A stretch of DNA of 64,000 nt from an uncultured Solirubrobacterales bacterium (GTDB lineage: Bacteria > Actinomycetota > Thermoleophilia > Solirubrobacterales > JBBDJG01): the NCBI GenBank assembly GCA_963780475.1, contig CAWACB010000008.1, positions 707,030-771,029 on the forward strand, in the 5' to 3' direction. A program made the translations under genes and the position numbers. Of the stretch, positions 55,723 to 64,000 are shown piece by piece; within the stretch, counting starts at the first letter, position 1, and every line of letters starts with the position of its first letter. The notes under the pieces are model-generated. The model was not told where the DNA came from. It saw only the letters and a program-made list of their open reading frames with translations, and made no database searches.

Positions 55723-57165
55723 ATGCACAGCCGGCTCACGCACATCGACGGGTCGTTTCTGCGGGTTGAAACGCCCAATGCCCACATGCACGTGGCCTGG
55801 AGCGGTCTGTTCGCGCCGCCACCCGAAGGGCCGCGACCGACGGTCGAGTGGCTGAGGGAGAAGGTCGAGAGCCGGCTGCACCTGGTGCCGCGCTTCCGTC
55901 AGCGCGTGGCGGCGCCCCCTCTGGGGCTGACGGAGCCGGCCTGGATCGACGACCCGCTGTTCGAGGTGCGGCGCCACGTGAGCGAGCTTGGCGCCGCACC
56001 CCTCCCCCTCGCCGCCTTTCGCCGCCTGACTGACGAGGCCCTGTCGCGGCCGCTGCGCCGCAACAGGCCGCTGTGGCACATCCATCTCGCGCCGGAACTG
56101 GAGGACGGCCGCGTCGGCCTGCTGTTCAAGATCCACCACGCGCTGGTGGACGGCAAGTCGGCCGTGGAGCTGGCGCTCCTGCTGTTCGACACCACGCCCG
56201 ACGCCGCGATCGAGCCCGGGCCGGATTGGTCTCCAGCGCCATCGCCGAACGCCGCCCGCCAGGCGCTCGAGGCATTCCGCGACAGCGCGGCCGAGCCGCT
56301 GCGCGCGGCACGCGGGCTGGCCCGCATGGCTACCTCACCAGGCGAGACGGGCGTCACCGGCACGTTGCGCCGGGCAGCGCTCGCGTTCGAGCGCGACATG
56401 CTGCGCCCTGCTCCCCCCTCCTACCTCAATCCCCCAATCGGACCAAAGCGGGCCCTCATCCGGCACCGCGCACGGATGGACCACCTGTTGGCGGCGCGCG
56501 AGCGCGGCGGCGTGAAGCTGAACGACGTCTGCCTCGCCGCCGTCGCGGGCGCCCTGCGGGAGATGGCGATCGCCCGCGGCGAGGAGCCGCGCCCGCTGAA
56601 GGCGATGGTGCCCGTCAGCACGCGCGCCGAGGAGCAGCGCGACCAACTGGGGAACCGCATCTCGTTTGCCTTCGTCGACCTGCCGGTCGACGTTCGCGGC
56701 CGCGCGGCGCGGCTACGCCACGTGCACGAGTCGACGTCCGAGTTCAAGCGCTCGGGCCGGCCCGCCGGGACGGAGACCGTCCTCGGCGCGCTTGGCCTGC
56801 TGCCCGGTCCGCTGAAGGGTCCGGCCGCCCGGATCGCCGCCAGCCCACGGATCTTCAACCTCACCGTGTCGAACGTGCCCGGACCCCGGTTTGCGCTCTA
56901 CATGCTCGGCGCGGAGCTCGAAGAGGCCTATCCCGTGGTCCCGGTGGCGGAAGGACACGCGCTCTCGATCGGCATGTTCAGCTACCGCGACCACATGTTC
57001 TTCGGGCTCTACTCGGATCCCGAGGCCCTGCCCGACGCCGAGCGGCTGCCGGACCTGCTCAACGCGGAAATCCGGGCGCTGGCGCGCCCCCGCCGCCCGC
57101 GGTCGCGGGCGCGGAGCGGCCGGGCTCGCCGGGAACTTGGCAAAAGGCCGCTGACAGCTCCCTGA
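55723..57165 (+). CDS. wax ester synthase / diacylglycerol acyltransferase (WS/DGAT)
   Basis: ORF 55615.. trimmed to MHSRLTHIDGSFL. Active-site HHALVDG. Intact 480 aa with the typical WS/DGAT C-terminal part (FNLTVSNVPGP). Confidence 0.85.
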   Translation: MHSRLTHIDGSFLRVETPNAHMHVAWSGLFAPPPEGPRPTVEWLREKVESRLHLVPRFRQRVAAPPLGLTEPAWIDDPLFEVRRHVSELGAAPLPLAAFRRLTDEALSRPLRRNRPLWHIHLAPELEDGRVGLLFKIHHALVDGKSAVELALLLFDTTPDAAIEPGPDWSPAPSPNAARQALEAFRDSAAEPLRAARGLARMATSPGETGVTGTLRRAALAFERDMLRPAPPSYLNPPIGPKRALIRHRARMDHLLAARERGGVKLNDVCLAAVAGALREMAIARGEEPRPLKAMVPVSTRAEEQRDQLGNRISFAFVDLPVDVRGRAARLRHVHESTSEFKRSGRPAGTETVLGALGLLPGPLKGPAARIAASPRIFNLTVSNVPGPRFALYMLGAELEEAYPVVPVAEGHALSIGMFSYRDHMFFGLYSDPEALPDAERLPDLLNAEIRALARPRRPRSRARSGRARRELGKRPLTAP

Positions 57166-58304
57166 CCAGGCCCGGCAGGCGGTCGGGAGCCGCTCGCGCC
57201 GTGGCGAGCTGGCGCTGCGCGCCGGGGTTCTCGCACAGCCCGCGGACCAGCTCCAGCTCCTGCGCGCACCCGAGCTTGCGAGCATGCGGGGCGCAGGCCG
57301 CGAGCAGCGGGTCCAGGTGCTCGGCCAACGGCACGCGCACCTCCCGCTGCACGTCGATCAGCTCCGCGGATGCACCGTCTCGCGCCGCCAGGAAGCGGTT
57401 CTCCTCCAGCACCTCGGGCGAGGACAGCTGCGCCGGCGGCAGGTAGGGCTCCTCGATCTCCAGCGGCCGCGGTGGCCTGCACCAGCGCCACGAGCGCGGC
57501 GGTGTCCTCGATCGTCCACTGCGAGTCCATGATCCGCACCTCGACGGTTCCGAACCGCGGCTGCAGGCGCACGTCCCACCACAGGAAGGTCGGCTCGGGG
57601 AAGGCGTCGCAGCGAATCAACAGGTCGACGGCGTTCACGTAGTCGCCGTAGTTGGCGAACGCGCGCGGGATGCCGACCCGCGGGAACGCCTGGAACAGCG
57701 GCGTCCGCGCCGAGGCCAGGCCCGTGTCGCGGCCCTGCCAGAAAGGCGAGTTGGCGGACAGCGCGAGGAACAGCGGCAGGTGCCCGCGCAGCCTGTTGGC
57801 CAGCTGCACCGCATCCTCCGGGTCCCGCACGCCGATGTGAACGTGCAGGCCGAACGTGGGCTCGCGGCGGGCCAGCTCGCGCATCGACCCATAGACCTCC
57901 TGGTAGCGCTCACCGGAGGAGACGACCGTCTGCTGCCAGACGGCGAACGGATGCGTCCCGGCGCTGGCGGCCGCGAGGCCGATCATCGACAGCTCGCCCT
58001 CGAGCTCCTCGCGCAGCCCGCGCAGCTCCTCGACGGCGCCGCCGACCGTCGCATGGACGCCGGTCGCGAGCTCGAGCGCGGAACGGTGCGTCTCGGCGGT
58101 CACCTGGCGGGCGAAGCCCGGGTCGAGCCGGCTCAGGACGGTGTCGATCAGCTGGGCGAGCGACCAGTCCTGCGGGTGCAGGAGCATCACCTCTTCCTCG
58201 ACGCCCACCGTGTAGGCGTCGCCGGAGGGATGCGGGGTCCAGGCCGACCAGTCGCCCGCGTCTACACCCGGGTCGGTGAACTGGTTGTTCAGGGTCCCGG
58301 GCAT
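57059..58304 (-). pseudogene. glutamate-cysteine ligase family 2 (YbdK-like carboxylate-amine ligase); 1 frame change near 57490
   Basis: VGVEEEVMLL, FGLHVHIGV, ALSANSPFWQGRDTGLAS and WWDVRLQPRFGTVEVRIMD. The C-terminus (EENRFLAARDGASAELIDV...) lies in the frame of ORF 57059..57412. The 3' end overlaps the convergent WS/DGAT gene by about 100 nt, so it is uncertain. Confidence 0.7.
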
Positions 58305-58383
58305 CCAACCAGTGTTCTACCCGCGAACCGGCGGCGGTAGCGCCGCCGGTCCAACAGTGGACACTTGAATTGTACAGGCGGTC

Positions 58384-60696
58384 CTACGCCGGGACGAGCT
58401 CTTCCCGCAGCTGCTTCGCCGCCGCCACCATGTTCTTCAGAGACGGCTCGACCTCCTCGTAGCGGCGCGTCTTGAGGCCGCAGTCGGGGTCGACCCACAG
58501 CTGCTCGGGCTCGAGCACCTGCGCGGCAAGCCGCAGCAGCTCGACCATCTCCTCGGTCGAGGGGATCCGCGGCGAGTGGATGTCGTAGAGACCCGGGCCG
58601 ATCTCGTTCTCGTAGCCCGTGCGCTTCCAGTCCTCGAGCAGCTCCATCCTCGAGCGCGCCGCCTCGATCAGCAGGACGTCGGCGTCCATCTCCTGGATCT
58701 GCCGCATGATGTCGCCGAACTCCGAGTAACACATGTGCGTCTGGATCTGGGTCTCGTCCGCGACCGGGGAGACCGACAGGCGGAAGCAGTAGCACCGCCC
58801 AGTCCAGGTACTCGTCCCAGCGGTCGCGCCGCAGGGGCAGGCCCTCGCGGATCGCCGGCTCGTCGACCTGGATGATCTCGACGCCCGCGGCCTCGAGGTC
58901 CGCGGTCTCGTCGCGGATCGCGAGCGCCAGCTGCTCGCAGGTCTGCGAGCGCGGCTGATCGTCGCGCACGAACGACCACATGAGCATCGTCACCGGGCCG
59001 GTGAGCATGCCCTTCACGGGCCGGTCGCTCAGCGACTGCGCGAACTTCGCCCACTCGACCGTCATCGCGTTCGGACGCGAGACGTCCCCGAAGAGGATCG
59101 GCGGCCGGACATAGCGCGAGCCGTAGCTCTGCACCCACGCGTTCTCGGTGAACACGTAGCCATCCATCTGCTCCGCGAAGTACTGGACCATGTCGTTCCG
59201 CTCCGGCTCCCCGTGCACCAGCACGTCGAGGCCGATGTCCTCCTGGAGCCGGATCACGCGCTCGATCTCGCCGCGCATCAGCTCCAGGTACTTGGCCTCG
59301 TCGATGTCGCCGGCGCGCAGCTTCGAGCGGGCCTGGCGGATCTCGGCCGTCTGCGGGAACGAGCCGATCGTCGTGGTCGGGAACAGCGGCAGCCCAAGCT
59401 TCTGGTGCTGCGCCTGACGGCGCTCCGGGAACGGGCTCAGCCGGCGCGAGTCGGCCTCGGTGATCGCGTCCACGCGCTCGCGCACCCCCGGGTTGCGGGT
59501 ACGCGGCGAGCGCTCGCGGTCGTCGAGTGCCTTCCGGTTGGCTTCGAGCGTGTCCGAGCACCGCGTCCTCGCCCTCGTTGAGGGCGCGCGCGATGGTCGC
59601 CACCTCGTCGAGCTTCTGTACGGCGAAGGACATCCAGCTCAGCACCTCGTCGTCGAGCCGCGGCTCGTTGCGCTTGTCGATCGGGGAGTGCTGCAGCGAG
59701 CAGGAGGTCGAGACGACGACGTCGTCACCGGCCTGGCCACGCAGCTCCCTCACCAGCGCGATGCTGCGCGCCAGGTCGTTGATCCACACGTTGCGGCCGG
59801 AAACGACGCCCGCGAACAGCGTCTTGTCCTGCGGGAAGCCGTGGTCGCGGATCAGCTCGAGGTTGCGCTCACCGCGCACCAGGTCGAGGCCGATGCCGGC
59901 GACCGGCAGACGGGTCAGCACCGGGTACGCCTCGCCGACGTGGTCGAAGTAGGTGTTGATGAGGATCTTGGGCGCGCCCTCGACGGCGCCCAGGCGGCTG
60001 TAGGCGCGCTCGAGCGCCTCCAGCTCGGCCTGGGTGCGGTCCTCGACCAGGACGGGCTCGTCGATCTGGACCCACTCGGCGCCCAGCCTGCCGAGCTCCG
60101 CGAGCACCTCCGCGTAGACCTCGACGAGGCGTGTCGAGCAGCTCCAGCCGGTCGAACTCCTCGTCCGCGCACTTGCCCTGGAGCAGGCAGCGTGAGCGGG
60201 CCGATCAGGACCGGCTTGGTGTCGATGCCGAGCGCCTTGGCCTCCTCGTACTGCGTCGAACGGCTTGCGCGAGGACAGCCGGAACTCCATGCCGCGCCGC
60301 AGCTCGGGGACGATGTAGTGGTAGTTGCGTGTCGAACCACTTCGTCATCTCCATCGCGGTGACGTCGACGCCGCCGGCCTGGCGGCCGCGGGCCATCGCG
60401 AAGTAGGTGTCGAGGTCGACGCTTCCCGACGAGGCGTCCCACTCGTAGCGCTCGGGGACGGCGCCGACCAGCGCGATGGTGTCGAGCACCTGGTCGTAGA
60501 AGGAGAAGTCGTTGGACGGGATCAGGTCGATGCCCGCCTCGCGCTGCAGCTTCCAATTCGCTGCACGCAGGTCGCGGGCTGTTGCGAGCAGCTCGTCCTG
60601 CGAGCGCTCGCCGGACCAGTAAGACTCGGTGGCGACCTTCAGCTCACGCTGCGCGCCGATGCGCGGGAAACCCGACACGTTCGAAAGAGCGGGCAA
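58384..60696 (-). pseudogene. metE: cobalamin-independent methionine synthase (at least 5 frame changes)
   Basis: TTG start after a GGAGGA SD. N-terminus MPALSNVSGFPRIGAQRELKVATESYW. Middle part WVQIDEPVLVEDR..., [12 protein letters not shown]..., [18 protein letters not shown]-terminus [34 protein letters not shown]. Read from 4-5 ORF pieces. Confidence 0.85.
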
Positions 60697-60702
60697 AATT
60701 GG

Positions 60703-60721
60703 ATCCTCCTGCAGAGAGGAT
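60703..60721 (-). promoter_or_regulatory. hairpin able to sequester the metE Shine-Dalgarno sequence
   Basis: On the metE strand, AUCCUC-ucugcag-GAGGAU. The 3' arm contains the GGAGGA SD located 8 nt before the TTG start. Confidence 0.35.
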
Positions 60722-61337
60722 TACGCGGCGGCAGGAAGGCGGACCGCCCGGAGTGCGTATGACGGCCGCCCGTAGACGTCGACGCGTCCACGCCACACTT
60801 AGCGGCGGACGGCGCATGGACGTCGGGACAGGCGCGTCGGTCAGCTCGGAGCGCGATACGAGCACGTGAAAGCACTCGCGGCACGGACCCGCGAGTCGGC
60901 ACTGAATCCGACGTCGCACGCCTGGAGGTACACTCGGAGCGACGGCTCGCATGAACACCATTCCGGAGACTCGCCAGCTGCGCCGACCTGCGGCCGCGAA
61001 GACGCGGTCGCGGCGAGCGCACCCTTCGGCGCCTCCACCGGTTACTCCTCGGGGCCACTTCTTCCTAAACCTTTGCGGCCTCCGCTCGATAAGAGATCCA
61101 TGCGCTCCCGCGGTTACTTTCGCTCCCTGCTCGGCAAGCTGTTCGGGGCTCCGGCTGCACCCTGCGCAACCACCCGATGCCGGAGCTGCGCGAGGTCGGC
61201 CACGAGTGGCTGGCCCGCACCCAGACTGAGGTACCGCCCGGCGGGGCTAAGCGTCGCGGACCGGAACGCCGCGCGGTGAGAGCTCGACCGGCGTCGCCGC
61301 CAGAGCGCGCATCCGCACGTCGCGCCACGAGAGGCCC

Positions 61338-62382
61338 TCACGGATCAGCGCCGGCAGGCCGAACGCGATCGGCGGTCGCCATCTCCACGCCCTGCAGGAT
61401 GATCCCGTAGCCGAGCGCGGCTGCGGTCGGGACGTCGTAGGCCCCGGTCAGCACCGTGATGACCGCGAGCTGGAAGACACCGATGTTCGACGGCGTCGCC
61501 GGCAGCACCGCGGTCACGTTGACCGCGAACAGCACCGCGGCCGCAGCGCCGATGCCGGCGCGGCTCTCGAGGCCCAGCGCCAGCAGCAGCGCGTAGGCGC
61601 CGAACAGCTGCAGCGCCCAGGCGGCCAGCTGCGACGAGGTCGCCCAGAACGCTCCGCGCGGTTGGCGGAATACCACCAGGCCCCGGCGCAGCCGCAGCAT
61701 CGCCGCGACCGCCTCGCGCACCAGGCGGCCGAGCGCTGCTCTGGCGCGATTCGAAGCGGCTGCCGGCCATCAGCGACGGCACGACCAGCACCGCCGCGGC
61801 CAGCGCGACCGGGATCAGGCTGACGAGGACGAGCGCGCCCTCGTGGCCGCGGAACACGTCGTTCGAGCCGAGCACGAGGAGGGCCAGCAACAGCAGCGCG
61901 AGCAGGTTCAACAGCGTCTGCGACACCAGCGTGCCGGCCACCACCGGCAACGTCTCGCGCATCCGGCCGATCCGCCGCGACACGACCAGCGCACGCGACG
62001 GCTCACCGAGGCGTGCCGGCAGCGTCGCGGACATCAGCACCCCGATCGCGGTGCCGCTCATGATCGTGCGGCGTTTCACCGGCCGGTCGGGCAGCGCCGC
62101 GCGGACGATGTAGTACCAGGACACCGCGCGCAGCACCATGGAAGTCGAGAACAGGCCGAGCGCGATCAGGACCCATGCCGGGCTCGAGTGCACGAGCGTC
62201 GTGAAGACGTTCTCGGCGCCGACGCGGCGCAGCGCGAGCAGGGCCAGGAGCGACGCCGAGCACGGCCGAGAGGCCGAGTGCGGCGCGGCGCGCGAACGCC
62301 AGGGCTTGCGCAGGTCGCGAGCGGCGCGCAGCGGCGCCGGCTCCAGCGACGGCAGCCGCCGGGCCGGACGGCGCGGCGACAT
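61338..62382 (-). pseudogene. flippase-like / lysyl-PG-synthase-TM-region (UPF0104) family membrane protein (1 frame change near 61730; start uncertain)
   Basis: AWVLIALGLFSTSMVLRAVSWYYIVRAAL...GTAIGVLMSATLPARLGEPSRALV... continues as ...FWATSSQLAAWALQLFGAYALLLALGL..AVLFAVNVTAVLPATPSNIGVFQLAV. Confidence 0.55.
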
Positions 62383-62429
62383 GTCGGCCGGCCGCGCGCC
62401 GACGCGCACGGTGGCGCGCTCGAGCGTGG

Positions 62430-63579
62430 TCTTGCGGCTGCGGCGCCTCGATCGCCTGGTGGTAGACCTCCTCGACCTGTGCGGCGACGCGCGGCCAGGC
62501 GAAGTCCTCGGCGCGCTCGCGCGCGGCGCTCGCCATCGCGGTCCGGCGCTCGGGCTCCAGCCACAGGGAGCGCAGCGCCTCGGCCAGCTCGAGCGGCCGG
62601 CCGTGCGGCACCAGCAGCCCCTCGCGGCCGTGCGTGACCACCTGGCGGTAGCCGGCGATGTCGGAGGCGACAACCGGCGTGCCCGCCGCGAAGGCCTCGG
62701 TCAAGACCATGCCGAAGCTCTCGCCGCCCAGTGAAGGTGCGCACAGGACGTCGGCCTCGTGCAGGTGGCGCCAGAGCTCCTCGTCGGTGACCCGGCCGTG
62801 AGTGTGGATGTGGTCCATCCCGCCCTCGACCTCGGCGAGCAGCGGCTCGACTCCCTCCGCCGGTGCACCGACGACGTCGAGGCGCACAGGGATGTGGCGG
62901 CGCAGGCCGGTGAAGGCGGACAGCAGCACGGGTAGGCCCTTGCGCTCCTCCTCGCGGCCGACGAACACGATGCGCAGCTCGGCCGAGTCCCGCTTGGGGC
63001 CGACCGGCGCCATGTCCAGGTCGACCCCGTTGGGCACCACCTGGTAGTGGCCGCCGAAGTACCGCTCGCCGGTCCAGCGGGCGGCGTCCGAGACGGCGAT
63101 CCGTGCGCTCAGCTTGTTGAAGACACGCCGTGCTCCCAGCCCGGTGGCGATCGCGTTCGGGAGCCACTTCGCGGAGTAGGCATGGAACGTGCCGACCACG
63201 GGCGCGCCGTCGAAGCAGGCGCGCGTCCCAGCCGACCAGCGGAGCGATCGGCTCGTGCACGTGGACAACGTCGAAGCGGCCCGCCCGCAGCTCGTTCCGC
63301 AGGCGCACGACCGACTCGACGTGGATTGCGAGGTTCGACGTTGCCCCGTTCATCGGCAGCGCGGCCGTCCGCCCGAGCGGGATCACGTATTCGGGCAGGG
63401 GACCGGCCTCCGGCCGGCGACGGTGGATTGCCCGGGTCAGGCGGTCGTCCGGGTCAACCGGAGAGAGCACTCGCACGTGATGCCCGTCGGACAGGTACTG
63501 GCGGGCTAGTGCGTCTACGTGGCGAGTAACTCCTCCTGGGAAAGTCCAGGAGTAAGGGAGATACGAGGGCGATTCGCAT
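62430..63579 (-). pseudogene. GT4-family glycosyltransferase (at least 3 frame changes; 3' end unresolved, possibly fused to the next gene)
   Basis: MRIALVSP / YSWTFPGGVTRHVDALARQYLSDGHHVRVLSP / ...HVHEPIAPL / VVGTFHAYS...RIVFVGREEERKGL...APSLGGESFGMVLTEAFAAGTPVVASDIAGY (the EX7E region). Confidence 0.65.
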
Positions 63580-63610
63580 CGGCGCGATGCTACCAGTGAG
63601 GGGTTCGGAG

Positions 63611-64000
63611 TCAGGGCCCACGAGAGCCCGTGGCCGGATGGCCTGCAGGGCTTTTCGGCGCTGCAGAAGCAAATCCTACGGCCAACGCCAGATATGTGGT
63701 GCCGATCAGCAGGATGATCGGCCCGGAGTCGTTGGTCAGCGCACCGGTCACGACAGCCGCGAAGGTGGCCCAGATGCCCGCCACCAGGCCGGGCTGGCCT
63801 GCGATCGGGGCCAGCAGCCGCTCCCGCCAGTAGACGCCCGCGGCGAGCGCCAGCACAGCGAGGATCACGAGCGGACCGATCGCACCGCGCCCCAGCGACG
63901 TGTAGCTCAGCTCGAAACGGCGCTGCGCGACCTCGCCCAGCTCTCGCAGGCCGCCGGCGCGCAGCACGGAGCGGGTGAAGTGCGAGTCGCCGCCGGTCGC
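63611..64000 (-). CDS. C-terminal part of a membrane protein (5' end outside window)
   Basis: The frame is open to the window edge. Hydrophobic helices (GPLVILAVLALAAGVYW, GLVAGIWATFAAVVTGAL, IILLIGTTYLALAVGFA). No family recognised. Confidence 0.45.
   Translation of the reverse strand, partial: ATGGDSHFTRSVLRAGGLRELGEVAQRRFELSYTSLGRGAIGPLVILAVLALAAGVYWRERLLAPIAGQPGLVAGIWATFAAVVTGALTNDSGPIILLIGTTYLALAVGFASAAPKSPAGHPATGSRGP

Noticed and set aside
60959-60975. B12-box-like sequence ATTCCGGAGACTCGCC and a nearby GGCACTGAATCCGAC element
   Set aside because: Both are on the plus strand, antisense to metE, and no plus-strand gene lies downstream. The element order (GAAUCC, then B12 box, then GCCACU) does not follow the cobalamin riboswitch layout.

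Overview
High-GC (about 70%) chromosomal segment. The gene content looks like Actinomycetota: an mIHF-like protein, YrbE/Mkl, an MMPL/RND protein, WS/DGAT, KorAB and a Get3/ArsA-like ATPase. A Thermoleophilia/Rubrobacteria-like origin is only an inference. I saw no rRNA, tRNA, CRISPR array, transposase, integrase or prophage genes. About 70 protein genes fall into these blocks. (1) 257-5742, minus strand: an operon of secreted copper-handling proteins (YcnI, CopC and relatives) ending in a zinc-ribbon protein and a MerR-HTH/adenylate cyclase fusion. (2) 5818-13305, minus strand: an operon combining an AGPS-like FAD oxidase, a two-domain fatty acyl-CoA reductase, a PlsC/GNPAT-like acyltransferase and an extended-SDR enzyme with two phasin/PhaF-like proteins. 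This is my best candidate for an undescribed system (ether-lipid/wax-body module). (3) A three-domain peptidoglycan hydrolase behind a 540-bp leader. (4) Beta-oxidation genes plus Sir2 and PadR. (5) Two paralogous lipoproteins next to a glucuronyl C5-epimerase-like enzyme. (6) ArsA/Get3-like, MoxR-VWA and ThiXYZ-like ABC modules. (7) A divergent pair of a serine-palmitoyltransferase-like enzyme and a BioF2-like GNAT. (8) YrbEAB-Mkl without Mce proteins, followed by an MMPL/RND protein and TlpA. (9) korAB, a pucR-like gene, glnA, glnK and amt. (10) WS/DGAT, GCS2, metE behind a 640-bp leader, and a GT4 with a flippase-like protein. Major caveat: about 27 genes can only be read by changing frame one to six times. 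The pattern looks like single-base indel errors, several of them in homopolymer runs or repeats. I call these genes 'pseudogene' as assembled, and many of their ends are approximate. The long Arg/Pro-rich ORFs in the six-frame track are mostly antisense shadows.
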